DNA of 64,000 nt from a bacterium. GTDB taxonomy: Bacteria > Hinthialibacterota > Hinthialibacteria > Hinthialibacterales > Hinthialibacteraceae. Positions 46,817 through 55,197 of this stretch are shown piece by piece. The notes under the pieces are model-generated. The model searched no databases, was not told the origin of the DNA, and was given only the letters and a program-made list of their open reading frames with translations. The position numbers and the translations under genes are program-made. Within the stretch, counting starts at the first letter, position 1; the number at the start of each line of letters is the position of its first letter. The DNA lies in assembly GCA_963662285.2 (NCBI GenBank), contig CAXXMV010000006.1, positions 1,440,001-1,504,000 on the forward strand, read 5' to 3'.

Positions 46817-47000
46817 TGCAAGAATGAGGCCAATAATTATTTATCCATGAGTATAAGTTGATGCATAGCAAAAAACGCTGGATTGTTTTATTGATTTGTG
46901 GTTTATGAGAAATTAAAGTATTTTTACGAGGAAAATTGTTAATACATAAATTGAGCAAAATTAGCACATTAGCGCAGGTTGTTTGCGCAATTATTGCTCA
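46817..47000 (-). promoter_or_regulatory. Sigma54 -24/-12 promoter plus two upstream 17-bp enhancer dyads
   Basis: Minus strand TTGGCCTCATTCTTGCA (GG-N10-GC) at 46833-46817; TGAGCAAAATTAGCACA (46952) and TGCGCAATTATTGCTCA (46984), 32 bp apart. Confidence 0.65.
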
Positions 47001-47036
47001 AGGGATGAAAGGTAATATGAATGCCATTCAAGTTAT

Positions 47037-47786
47037 TTATGTATTTTGAGGATTTGGTATAAGGCGTGTTACGTAAGGCGTTTGATATAAATCATATCCA
47101 TCATCTAGATGATTTTTAGGTTTCACTTTCTTTTTGGGGGATTGAATCAATTTCACTCCACGAACCACTATTACCAGGTCTTGATAATCATTATCCCCGG
47201 TGAATTCCCAACATATTACATACCAATTCTGTTTGATGCCGGATTTTGTTTTATAAGGATATATCCGGGCTTTATGGATATGGCCATCAAAACGCGTGAT
47301 GGGTTTATTCCTCTTATCCTGGGTATAAACAGTCTCTTTTTTTACTGAAAAAGTAGGATTAAATGCGGCGCTTTGCACGAAAAATCCGAAGGGACTTGGT
47401 GGCGGAACAAACCGGTATGGCCCTCGCGGCGTTGCCGGGAGACCTGAAATCCGGCTTTGACCATCAACCTCCGATCCACTTTCGAATAATGTATGAAGGC
47501 GGGTGGGAGCGCCTAAAGAATAATAACCAAACCTGATTTTTGCAGTTTCTGGTTCTTGGGTAGATGAATATTTTGCTGCAAGAACAATTTCTACTTTTGG
47601 TTCAACTTTTATAAATAATCCTTGTAAAGAGGCGCTATTTTTAATGTAATCGATCTGGTTTAACATAAATCCAAGATCATCCAGAACTTTTTTTACTGGC
47701 GGTTCGTTATTTTGCGCAAAACAGACGCTCGAAATAAGCGCCAATATAACTATACTGATTAGGCGCGTCATAAAAATACTCCTCAT
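47037..47786 (-). CDS. Secreted hypothetical protein, DUF4114-like C-terminal motif
   Basis: Signal peptide; YVICWE..GDNDYQDLVIVV. Confidence 0.6.
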   Translation of the reverse strand: MRSIFMTRLISIVILALISSVCFAQNNEPPVKKVLDDLGFMLNQIDYIKNSASLQGLFIKVEPKVEIVLAAKYSSTQEPETAKIRFGYYSLGAPTRLHTLFESGSEVDGQSRISGLPATPRGPYRFVPPPSPFGFFVQSAAFNPTFSVKKETVYTQDKRNKPITRFDGHIHKARIYPYKTKSGIKQNWYVICWEFTGDNDYQDLVIVVRGVKLIQSPKKKVKPKNHLDDGYDLYQTPYVTRLIPNPQNT

Positions 47787-47919
47787 TTACTTTTACTATG
47801 GGAATTATCACAAACTGATTGTAATACTGATAACATTTTCATTCATCCCCCTTCAATCAGGGACTGGTTTTTGTTCAAATAAAAGCCTCTATTTTTTATC
47901 TCTGATAGGAGTTGCACCC

Positions 47920-49017
47920 ATGAGTAACATTTCACTATCCAGAAGGTCCTTCGTGACAAAGTCAGTTGCTGGAGCCGTTTTGGCGTCGAGCGTCGCAACC
48001 AATAGTCTGGCCGATTCCACCGAAGTGGTGGATGCTAAAAAAACAGACGATTCCAAAGGTTCCCAGAGGCTCAGTCTGGATCAATTAAAAAAGTGGGAAG
48101 CTCTGCAATATGGCATGTTTATCCATTTCGGTATGAGTACCTTTGTTTCTAACGAACTTCCAACAGGTAATGATGATCCTATAGTATACGCCCCGGATCG
48201 GCTGGACGTCGATCAGTGGGTCAGCGTCGCACGGGATTCTGGGATGAAATACGCTGTATTAACTACTAAGCATGTTGCCGGTCATTGCCTGTGGCCTAGT
48301 AAACAAACTCACTACTCGGTTGCAGCCAGCGGCAATAAAACGGATGTTGTAGAAGAATTCGTCAAAGCATGTGAACGCCGGGGAGTGCTGCCGGGATTCT
48401 ATTATTGCTCATGGGATAATCATCACCGGTTTGGCAGCGTTACCTATTCTGATGCCCGGAATCAACCCGAAAACGAAAAACAAAAAATAATTCCATACAC
48501 TACTTCTTTATATCAATCCTTTCAAACCGCCCAAATTACTGAACTTCTCACCCAATATGGCTCAATCGCTGAGGTGTGGATTGATATTCCCGGCGTCTTA
48601 GGACGCGGTTACAGGCAATTTCTTTATAATCATATTGCCGAGTTACAGCCCGAATCCATCATTATGATGAATAGCGGTATAGGAACCGGGGAAAATTATA
48701 GAGTAGATTACGCCTGGCCGTCTGATTTGATCGCCATTGAAAGAAAAATGCCTCCAGAAGCCGGTCATCAACCCTGGCGAACCATTGAAGGCAAAAGATA
48801 TTACATGCCAGGTGAAATATGCGATCCCATTGGTAAAGAATGGTTTTACGTTGATGGAGACGTCCCTCGCGCTGATGAAGACCTTAAGAATCTATTTGAT
48901 ATATCCATACAGCGCGGCGTAAATCTGCTGCTGGATGTTCCACCAGACAAGCATGGCGTTATTCCCAAAGATAACGTTGAAGCCTTAAAGCGTTTACGGC
49001 GTAATGTGAAAATTTAG
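47920..49017 (+). CDS. Alpha-L-fucosidase (GH29), Tat signal
   Basis: SRRSFV; YGMFIHFG; LTTKHVAGHCLWPS; EVWID; NLLLDVPP. Confidence 0.9.
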   Translation: MSNISLSRRSFVTKSVAGAVLASSVATNSLADSTEVVDAKKTDDSKGSQRLSLDQLKKWEALQYGMFIHFGMSTFVSNELPTGNDDPIVYAPDRLDVDQWVSVARDSGMKYAVLTTKHVAGHCLWPSKQTHYSVAASGNKTDVVEEFVKACERRGVLPGFYYCSWDNHHRFGSVTYSDARNQPENEKQKIIPYTTSLYQSFQTAQITELLTQYGSIAEVWIDIPGVLGRGYRQFLYNHIAELQPESIIMMNSGIGTGENYRVDYAWPSDLIAIERKMPPEAGHQPWRTIEGKRYYMPGEICDPIGKEWFYVDGDVPRADEDLKNLFDISIQRGVNLLLDVPPDKHGVIPKDNVEALKRLRRNVKI

Positions 49018-49024
49018 TATTATA

Positions 49025-49786
49025 TTATTCAGGAATTAATCCTGGATTAACGCCCAACACCCATTCACGCTTGAAACGGTCAATAAACGCTTCATCAAAT
49101 GCTGTATGTCCTTCTATTGAGCGTGCTTTCCAATGCTTCTGTAGGTCTATGGTTAAGTATTGTTTCAGGTAGGGGATTGATAATTCAGAATAACTCCAAT
49201 GCCATGGTTCATACGCATATCCCGTGCGTAGCGGATCATTGGTGTAAACCTCTTCAAATCCAAAAGATGCACCATTTTTTTTAAGCCACTGGTAAAGATC
49301 ATGGTAAATCCCCCCTTGAAGATAATGCTCGGTTAATAGTGGATCAGACGGACGGGGTTTGGAATTATCTATGATGTCCAAATCAGTTCCCCAATGATGA
49401 CGTGATGTTCCGGGGATGCTGGAATATCTAATAATATTCTGGATGATTTTTTGAGGCGGTATTTTTTTCTTCAGCAGTGCTCTATATTTACTGTTCCATA
49501 TATTTTTCTGACGTTCGAAACTCCGGTAACTTGATAAAGAATAAAGTTCGATTCCGTCTTTTTTGGCGGCGAAGATCATTTTTTGAAAAGCTTCGGCTGC
49601 TGGTTTTCTTAAATTGAATCCCTTACCAAACAGGGAGGGCTGTTGTATACCCAGTAGTTCCAGATCGGATATAGAGTGATGAGTAGCCTTGGCATTGCTA
49701 TAAGATTTGATGGGATGAAGCGCCGGGCATAGTACAGCGCCGCAAAAATAACCAGTAGTATTTGAAATAAATTGCCTGCGTTCCAT
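49025..49786 (-). CDS. M15B D-Ala-D-Ala carboxypeptidase (VanY-like)
   Basis: SSYRS, PGTSRHHWGTDLD, YEPWHW. Confidence 0.92.
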   Translation of the reverse strand: MERRQFISNTTGYFCGAVLCPALHPIKSYSNAKATHHSISDLELLGIQQPSLFGKGFNLRKPAAEAFQKMIFAAKKDGIELYSLSSYRSFERQKNIWNSKYRALLKKKIPPQKIIQNIIRYSSIPGTSRHHWGTDLDIIDNSKPRPSDPLLTEHYLQGGIYHDLYQWLKKNGASFGFEEVYTNDPLRTGYAYEPWHWSYSELSIPYLKQYLTIDLQKHWKARSIEGHTAFDEAFIDRFKREWVLGVNPGLIPE

Positions 49787-49823
49787 TATCTATCCTTATC
49801 TTTTGATATCTATGCAATAAAAA

Positions 49824-49864
49824 AAATCAGACTATTCGGCGCTTAACCAAACAGTCTGATTTTA
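49824..49864 (-). terminator. Terminator after ferredoxin
   Basis: AAAATCAGACT...AGTCTGATTTT with a poly-A run on + strand. Confidence 0.55.
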
Positions 49865-49906
49865 TTTAACCTATAAAGTAGTAACGTGAATAATTAAGTG
49901 ATTTAA

Positions 49907-50137
49907 TTATCCATCATTACCGACAGATTCTGTAGGGCAACCTTCGATAGCGGCTTCCAGTTGTTCTATCTCTTCTGGAGTCGTTGGTTGTTTGGTTATA
50001 TAGCAGTGGTCGCCATCATCGCTTTCAGCGATGTTATCGGGAGCTTCGTCCAAGCATACCATGCAATAAGTGCAGCTCTTATCGATGTAATATTTGCCTG
50101 GTGCATTGTCTTCAAAACGATCATTCTTATCAGCCAT
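49907..50137 (-). CDS. Single-cluster ferredoxin
   Basis: CTYCMVC...GCPTESVG. Confidence 0.9.
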   Translation of the reverse strand: MADKNDRFEDNAPGKYYIDKSCTYCMVCLDEAPDNIAESDDGDHCYITKQPTTPEEIEQLEAAIEGCPTESVGNDG

Positions 50138-50379
50138 TATAGTAAACCTCGCAATTAATGTTTATCGAATGAAATAATCACTCGATGCAAATTGAACCTC
50201 TAAAAAACAAGTGTATTTTTTTTCACTCAGCCGTCAAGCGTTAAGAAACAGATTAAAGGTTTTGAATTAACCCTTTTCTAATTACTGAGTATTGTAGTAA
50301 TATGTTTATTGATGATTTCAAATAGTATTTTGATATCTTCGGGGGAATAAAAAATTCACCGTCAAATAAGAGAGGAAAC

Positions 50380-51693
50380 ATGAGAATGGAAAATATTTTA
50401 TCGTCTCGACGTAATTTTATGAAAAAAACCGGTTTGGGAGTTACTGCCGGTTTGGCAGCTGCAAATTACCAGGCTCTTTCAGCTTTTGGAAGTAACGACA
50501 AACTCAATCTCGCCATCATCGGCATCGGCGGTCGTGGAAGCCACCTGTTGAGATGGGCCAAGAAAAAAGAAGGCGTTCAGTTTGTCGCCGTTTGCGATGT
50601 TTATGTCAAACGCCGTAAAAACGCCGCCAGAGCCGCTGATCTTGATCCTGAAAATGAACAGGATTGCACCGGCGATTATATGGAAGTTTTGAAACGTAAG
50701 GATGTAGACGCTGTAATTATCGCTACTCCTGACCATTGGCATGCCCGCATCGCTCTCGACGCCATGAAGCAAGGTAAAGACGTCTATCTTGAAAAACCAA
50801 TGACCAAAACCGTCGAAGAAGCCGTCGAAATTTGGAAAATGGTTAAGCAAACTGGACGCGTTCTTCAGGTTGGCAGTCAGACCACATCCAGCGACCAATG
50901 GTGGCAAGCCAAAAAAGCCATGCAAGAAGGCATGATCGGTAAACTGATCATGAGCCAAGGCTCATATCATAGAAATTCCATTGAAGGTGAATGGAACTGG
51001 AGCATTGATCCTGATGCAGGCCCCAAGGCTTCTGGCGACAATTACGTTGATTGGGAAACATGGTTGGGATCAACAACCAAACGCGACTGGGACCCTGATA
51101 GATTCTTCCGTTTCAGAAAGTTCTGGGATTATTCCGGCGGCATCGCTACAGACCTTTTCTACCACGTCATGGCGCCATTGAATATCTGCTGGCCCGAACC
51201 GCAATTCCCATACAAAGTTATGGCCAGCGGCGGTACATACATCTTCAAAGATTCACGTGAAGTGCCTGATACTTTTGCGTTAATGGCTGAATATCCCGGC
51301 GAGCATCAGGTTGTTCTAAGTTCAAGTATGGCCAACAGTACTCACATTCCCGGGCTGATCCGCGGCCATGAAGGAACTATCATGATGGTTCCTCACGGCC
51401 AGTTTGAAGGACATGTTGACCACATTACAGTTACTGCTGAAAAGAAATTTGAGAAGAAATTTGTTGATAAATTCGGCAAAAATGAAATCCAGTTTGCTTG
51501 TGAAAAACGCGAAGATCACATGGATAACTTCCTGGGCTGCGTAAAATCACGCAAGGCTCCTGTTTTGAATGCTGAAACAGCGCTCAAAGCCATGGTTACT
51601 ATCGCCATGTCAGTTGAATCATATCAAAAAGGGAAAATTCTCTACTTCGATGAAAAGAACTTGCGTGTTCTCGAGAGTCCTCCCAAAGCGTAA
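50380..51693 (+). CDS. Gfo/Idh/MocA oxidoreductase, Tat signal
   Basis: SRRNFM; IIGIGGRG; ATPDHWH; YLEKPM; QVGSQ. Confidence 0.92.
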   Translation: MRMENILSSRRNFMKKTGLGVTAGLAAANYQALSAFGSNDKLNLAIIGIGGRGSHLLRWAKKKEGVQFVAVCDVYVKRRKNAARAADLDPENEQDCTGDYMEVLKRKDVDAVIIATPDHWHARIALDAMKQGKDVYLEKPMTKTVEEAVEIWKMVKQTGRVLQVGSQTTSSDQWWQAKKAMQEGMIGKLIMSQGSYHRNSIEGEWNWSIDPDAGPKASGDNYVDWETWLGSTTKRDWDPDRFFRFRKFWDYSGGIATDLFYHVMAPLNICWPEPQFPYKVMASGGTYIFKDSREVPDTFALMAEYPGEHQVVLSSSMANSTHIPGLIRGHEGTIMMVPHGQFEGHVDHITVTAEKKFEKKFVDKFGKNEIQFACEKREDHMDNFLGCVKSRKAPVLNAETALKAMVTIAMSVESYQKGKILYFDEKNLRVLESPPKA

Positions 51694-51719
51694 ATCAAAG
51701 ACATAACCTTAATACAATC

Positions 51720-51754
51720 AGGGTCTGATGGATTTATTTCCGTCAGACCCTTTT
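51720..51754. terminator. Stem-loop terminator between convergent genes
   Basis: AGGGTCTGATGGA...TCCGTCAGACCCTTTT. Confidence 0.7.
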
Positions 51755-51781
51755 AAGATTTACCTCATTTTTATATGCAAA

Positions 51782-52294
51782 TCATTCTTCAGCAGGAACA
51801 ACCGGAATCGGCCCCATTTTAGGCATCTTCTCTAATTCTCTGAACAGGTCGGGGAACATATCTTTGGCTAAGATATCATCATCACTTGGTGCGCCGTCTT
51901 TTCCATAACTGCGTAAATCCACTTTGCCGTTCTGGTCGATGCTATAAATCAAACGATGATTCCAGGGATCAAGGAAAACCTTATCGCTCAAAGCATAGGG
52001 ACCTTTCCATTCGCCGGTCGCTTCAAGAATTTCCGGTTTGACGATTAGAGCATCAAGGTTGTTCGTCTCATTGGGGTAAGAGCCTGTATGCAGACGGTAT
52101 AACTCAAGGGAAACCATCACATATAACATTTGCTGTTTGAAAGTCAGACTCTTATCCCCGATCTGAACGCGATAGGAATCGATTGCAGGGCTATTATTAT
52201 TAGATTCTCCACAACCCATGAATATAACGGCAGCTGCCAGAATAATCAGTATTGTTTGAAATGGATTCTTGTTTGATTTAATAAAGTTATTCAT
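51782..52294 (-). CDS. Lipoprotein carrying a GspG (T2SS pseudopilin G) globular domain
   Basis: Lipobox-like FMGC; LELYRLHTGSYP, WKGPY, DPW, SYGKDG..DDDI. Confidence 0.75.
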   Translation of the reverse strand: MNNFIKSNKNPFQTILIILAAAVIFMGCGESNNNSPAIDSYRVQIGDKSLTFKQQMLYVMVSLELYRLHTGSYPNETNNLDALIVKPEILEATGEWKGPYALSDKVFLDPWNHRLIYSIDQNGKVDLRSYGKDGAPSDDDILAKDMFPDLFRELEKMPKMGPIPVVPAEE

Positions 52295-52330
52295 AGGTAT
52301 TTATAGATTTGAATCAAACTTTGGCCGGGA

Positions 52331-53026
52331 TTATCTATTCTCACGAAGCATGGGATCATTTCTGGCATCGAATATAATGTCTTCTAATTCCTTGCGCGCC
52401 TTATCTTCCTGACCATTCTGGATAAACGATAGCGCTCGCGATGCAATCATCCGGTCGAAGATGCGCTGTCGCGCATGTGGAGAAGGGAAACTCTCAATAA
52501 CCAGCGCCCGCAAGGTTCCAACCAATTCCAGGAAAGTACCATATTCCTCGCCATAAGCCATTTCTAATTCCTGGCGGATGGATGCCGCCAGAGTCGGGCT
52601 GATGCCGGATGTCGAAACCGAGATCGATAATGGACCGCGTTCAACTGAACTGGGGACGATAAAGGTGCATTCTTCAGGAGCATCAACCACATTGCAAAGA
52701 ATATCTTTTGATTTACATAGTTTGGCAATAAGTTTGTTCGTCTCTCTGTCATCGGTTGCCGCTATAACCAGAAACATATCATCTACGTCGGATGGTTTAA
52801 AATTGCGTTCTTTCCAAATAATCTCTTTTTGAAAAGCCATATATTCCAATACAGAATCAAGTTTCGGGCTGGTAACGGTTACTCTGGCGCCGCAATCGCT
52901 TAACGAAGCGACTTTACGCCGGGCTACATCGCCGCCTCCAGCAACCAGAACCGGCTTGTCGGTAACCTTCAAACAGGCTGTATAGTAGGGCTTATACGCC
53001 ATATTCGGCGATTTCATATCAAGCAA
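52331..53026 (-). CDS. Precorrin-2 dehydrogenase / sirohydrochlorin ferrochelatase (CysG N-terminal/SirC type)
   Basis: VAGGGDVARRK, VIAATDD, CNVVD, FIVPS, STSGISP. Confidence 0.92.
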   Translation of the reverse strand: MLDMKSPNMAYKPYYTACLKVTDKPVLVAGGGDVARRKVASLSDCGARVTVTSPKLDSVLEYMAFQKEIIWKERNFKPSDVDDMFLVIAATDDRETNKLIAKLCKSKDILCNVVDAPEECTFIVPSSVERGPLSISVSTSGISPTLAASIRQELEMAYGEEYGTFLELVGTLRALVIESFPSPHARQRIFDRMIASRALSFIQNGQEDKARKELEDIIFDARNDPMLRENR

Positions 53027-53104
53027 CCTCCATAAATTACACTATTAGTCATTCTAGCATAATGGAAACAAAATTTCTTATGGTTCAAAGAAAAAAAATC
53101 TTAA

Positions 53105-54880
53105 TTAATTAGTTTGTTTTATTATCCTTACAGACCACTCAGCCATTTTTGGGATCGGGATTTTGGTTCCCGGAAATTCACTTTCAAGCGTATAAGCCTC
53201 AGGGGACGGATTGATTAACAGGTTTATAGATAGATTTTGCTCATGTAGATGTACGAAAATCAACCCGGATTGCATGGAACGAATAATCGATTTTGATTGC
53301 GGACCAGCTAATGTGTACCAACAAAATCTATTCTTGTAATGGACCCGTAACCTTTCACCTTGATTGAATTCTTCATAGTTTGGAATAATTCCTGTTGGAA
53401 ACAAAAGTTGCGCATCGGTATTGGTGAAGGTTAGGACGCCCTCCTCAATTCTTTTAATGATTGCTGAATGAACCTTATCTTTTATCAATTCGATTATCGC
53501 ATCTTCAAAGGGCTGCTTGTGTATAACAACAGTCATGTCATCTGAAAAAACATAGGCCGTTGTTAAATTATCGCTTGGAACAAACAAAACCTCTATTCCA
53601 TCAGTGACGGAGACAACTTTATAAGATGACAATTGGTTTTTATCATTTGCATTGAGCCGTTTGCTGTCATAACCATAACCAATGGTTCGTGTGAACTGGG
53701 GGTGAGCAGGGAAGATAACCGGCGGTTGACCTTTATAAGACCAAGACTGCATTCCTCTGGCGGCGCCGGGGTCCTGCAATATTACCGCCGCCTGATAATT
53801 CTTGCCGACTAGCGCATATTTCGATAGCATAGACTGCTCGTGAATCTCGAAATACGGTTTATAAGGCGTCTCTGGCAATACTTCAGGTTGTTTATGATAT
53901 GCCGCGCCTAACAGGAATGTGCATCCCCCTCCTCCCAGGCTGAAACCGGGCGGCGAATCGAGCAACGATTCGATATAGCGCGTGGCAATTTGAGTGAAAT
54001 CCGCTTCTCGCCGGGAATAATACGATATAGGACCAATCAGTTGAGCGATGCCAGAGCCATTTAACTCTCCGTTATTTTGGTTATCACTGATTAAGGGAAT
54101 GCCCCGGAAATTATAAATTCTGGAAAACCACCTCAAGCAGCCGACAATAGAATCATCTAAATCATTTTGGTCTGTATGAAGCCGATATAAAAACAGATAG
54201 CGTATGAAACTCAACGCCCGGCGTAAACCAATTCCGTTGGGATCAAGGTATTCACCGGACTCTGCGATTAGTGGTTTCAGCCAATCAAAGGCCAGATGCG
54301 CGGCTTGCTGATATTTATCATCGCCGCTCAGGCGCGACGCCAAAGCCATTACGGCGCACCAGGTCATCCCTTTTTCATTCTGCATACGGACCGGGTGAGT
54401 GAATAAGAACTCGATGCGTCCATCCAGAAATGCTCTCAAAGCGGTTTTTTCTGGCTTAGGCAAATATTGAGCAATAAGAACATAAGCATTAATCAAAGGT
54501 TCGGTAAGCAATGATGATTGGTAAGATTCGTTCTCCGCAGAGAGAATTGAGGCCGATTTTTGATCTATCAGAGCAGCGATATTAGAACGGATTTGTTCCA
54601 GGATCACTTCGCTTTTGCGCCATTTGGATGATGGAATGGTATAAGCATAGGCCATTGCGCCCGTCAATTCAGAGCGCCGTAATGCTTTTAGTTGATCAGT
54701 AGATGCATCAATTGTTTTTAATAATTCCTCAATATCACGGTCCAGCATAGCGACGTACAGTTTGGCGATTTGGCTGTCCTGCACCGTAATTTGTATAGTT
54801 GAGGCGTCTTCAGCGTAAATTGGATTAGTTGTGGCGAATAAGGCTAAGGTTATTAAAAATGAATGGATTAATAATTTCAT
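53105..54880 (-). CDS. Secreted hypothetical protein (helical N-half, beta-rich C-half; lyase-like architecture)
   Basis: 591-aa ORF with signal peptide; no diagnostic motif. Confidence 0.6.
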   Translation of the reverse strand: MKLLIHSFLITLALFATTNPIYAEDASTIQITVQDSQIAKLYVAMLDRDIEELLKTIDASTDQLKALRRSELTGAMAYAYTIPSSKWRKSEVILEQIRSNIAALIDQKSASILSAENESYQSSLLTEPLINAYVLIAQYLPKPEKTALRAFLDGRIEFLFTHPVRMQNEKGMTWCAVMALASRLSGDDKYQQAAHLAFDWLKPLIAESGEYLDPNGIGLRRALSFIRYLFLYRLHTDQNDLDDSIVGCLRWFSRIYNFRGIPLISDNQNNGELNGSGIAQLIGPISYYSRREADFTQIATRYIESLLDSPPGFSLGGGGCTFLLGAAYHKQPEVLPETPYKPYFEIHEQSMLSKYALVGKNYQAAVILQDPGAARGMQSWSYKGQPPVIFPAHPQFTRTIGYGYDSKRLNANDKNQLSSYKVVSVTDGIEVLFVPSDNLTTAYVFSDDMTVVIHKQPFEDAIIELIKDKVHSAIIKRIEEGVLTFTNTDAQLLFPTGIIPNYEEFNQGERLRVHYKNRFCWYTLAGPQSKSIIRSMQSGLIFVHLHEQNLSINLLINPSPEAYTLESEFPGTKIPIPKMAEWSVRIIKQTN

Positions 54881-55197
54881 GATCCTCTTATTATGCTCCA
54901 GGATTAAATACCTTTTAAGATATACATTACCAATAAACTTTGAGCAACTGCTATATCGCTTTTCCTTTTCAATTGATTCTTATATCATAGTTATGGTTCT
55001 AATACCATAGTTGCATGTAGAGCGATACTCAATATGACGTGTTTCAATGTGATTTCAATACGCATATTGTTTGTTTAATAGTTATACTATTTTTGCCAAC
55101 AATTAATTCCGGGCGTCAATGTCCCCTCTCCCCGCGGGTGAGGGTAAGGGCTAAGTTAATATTACCCATGATCAAACGAGTTGGAAAGATATAACCA

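Noticed and set aside
49025-49786. Vancomycin resistance locus
   Set aside because: Lone M15B peptidase with no vanHAX or vanRS
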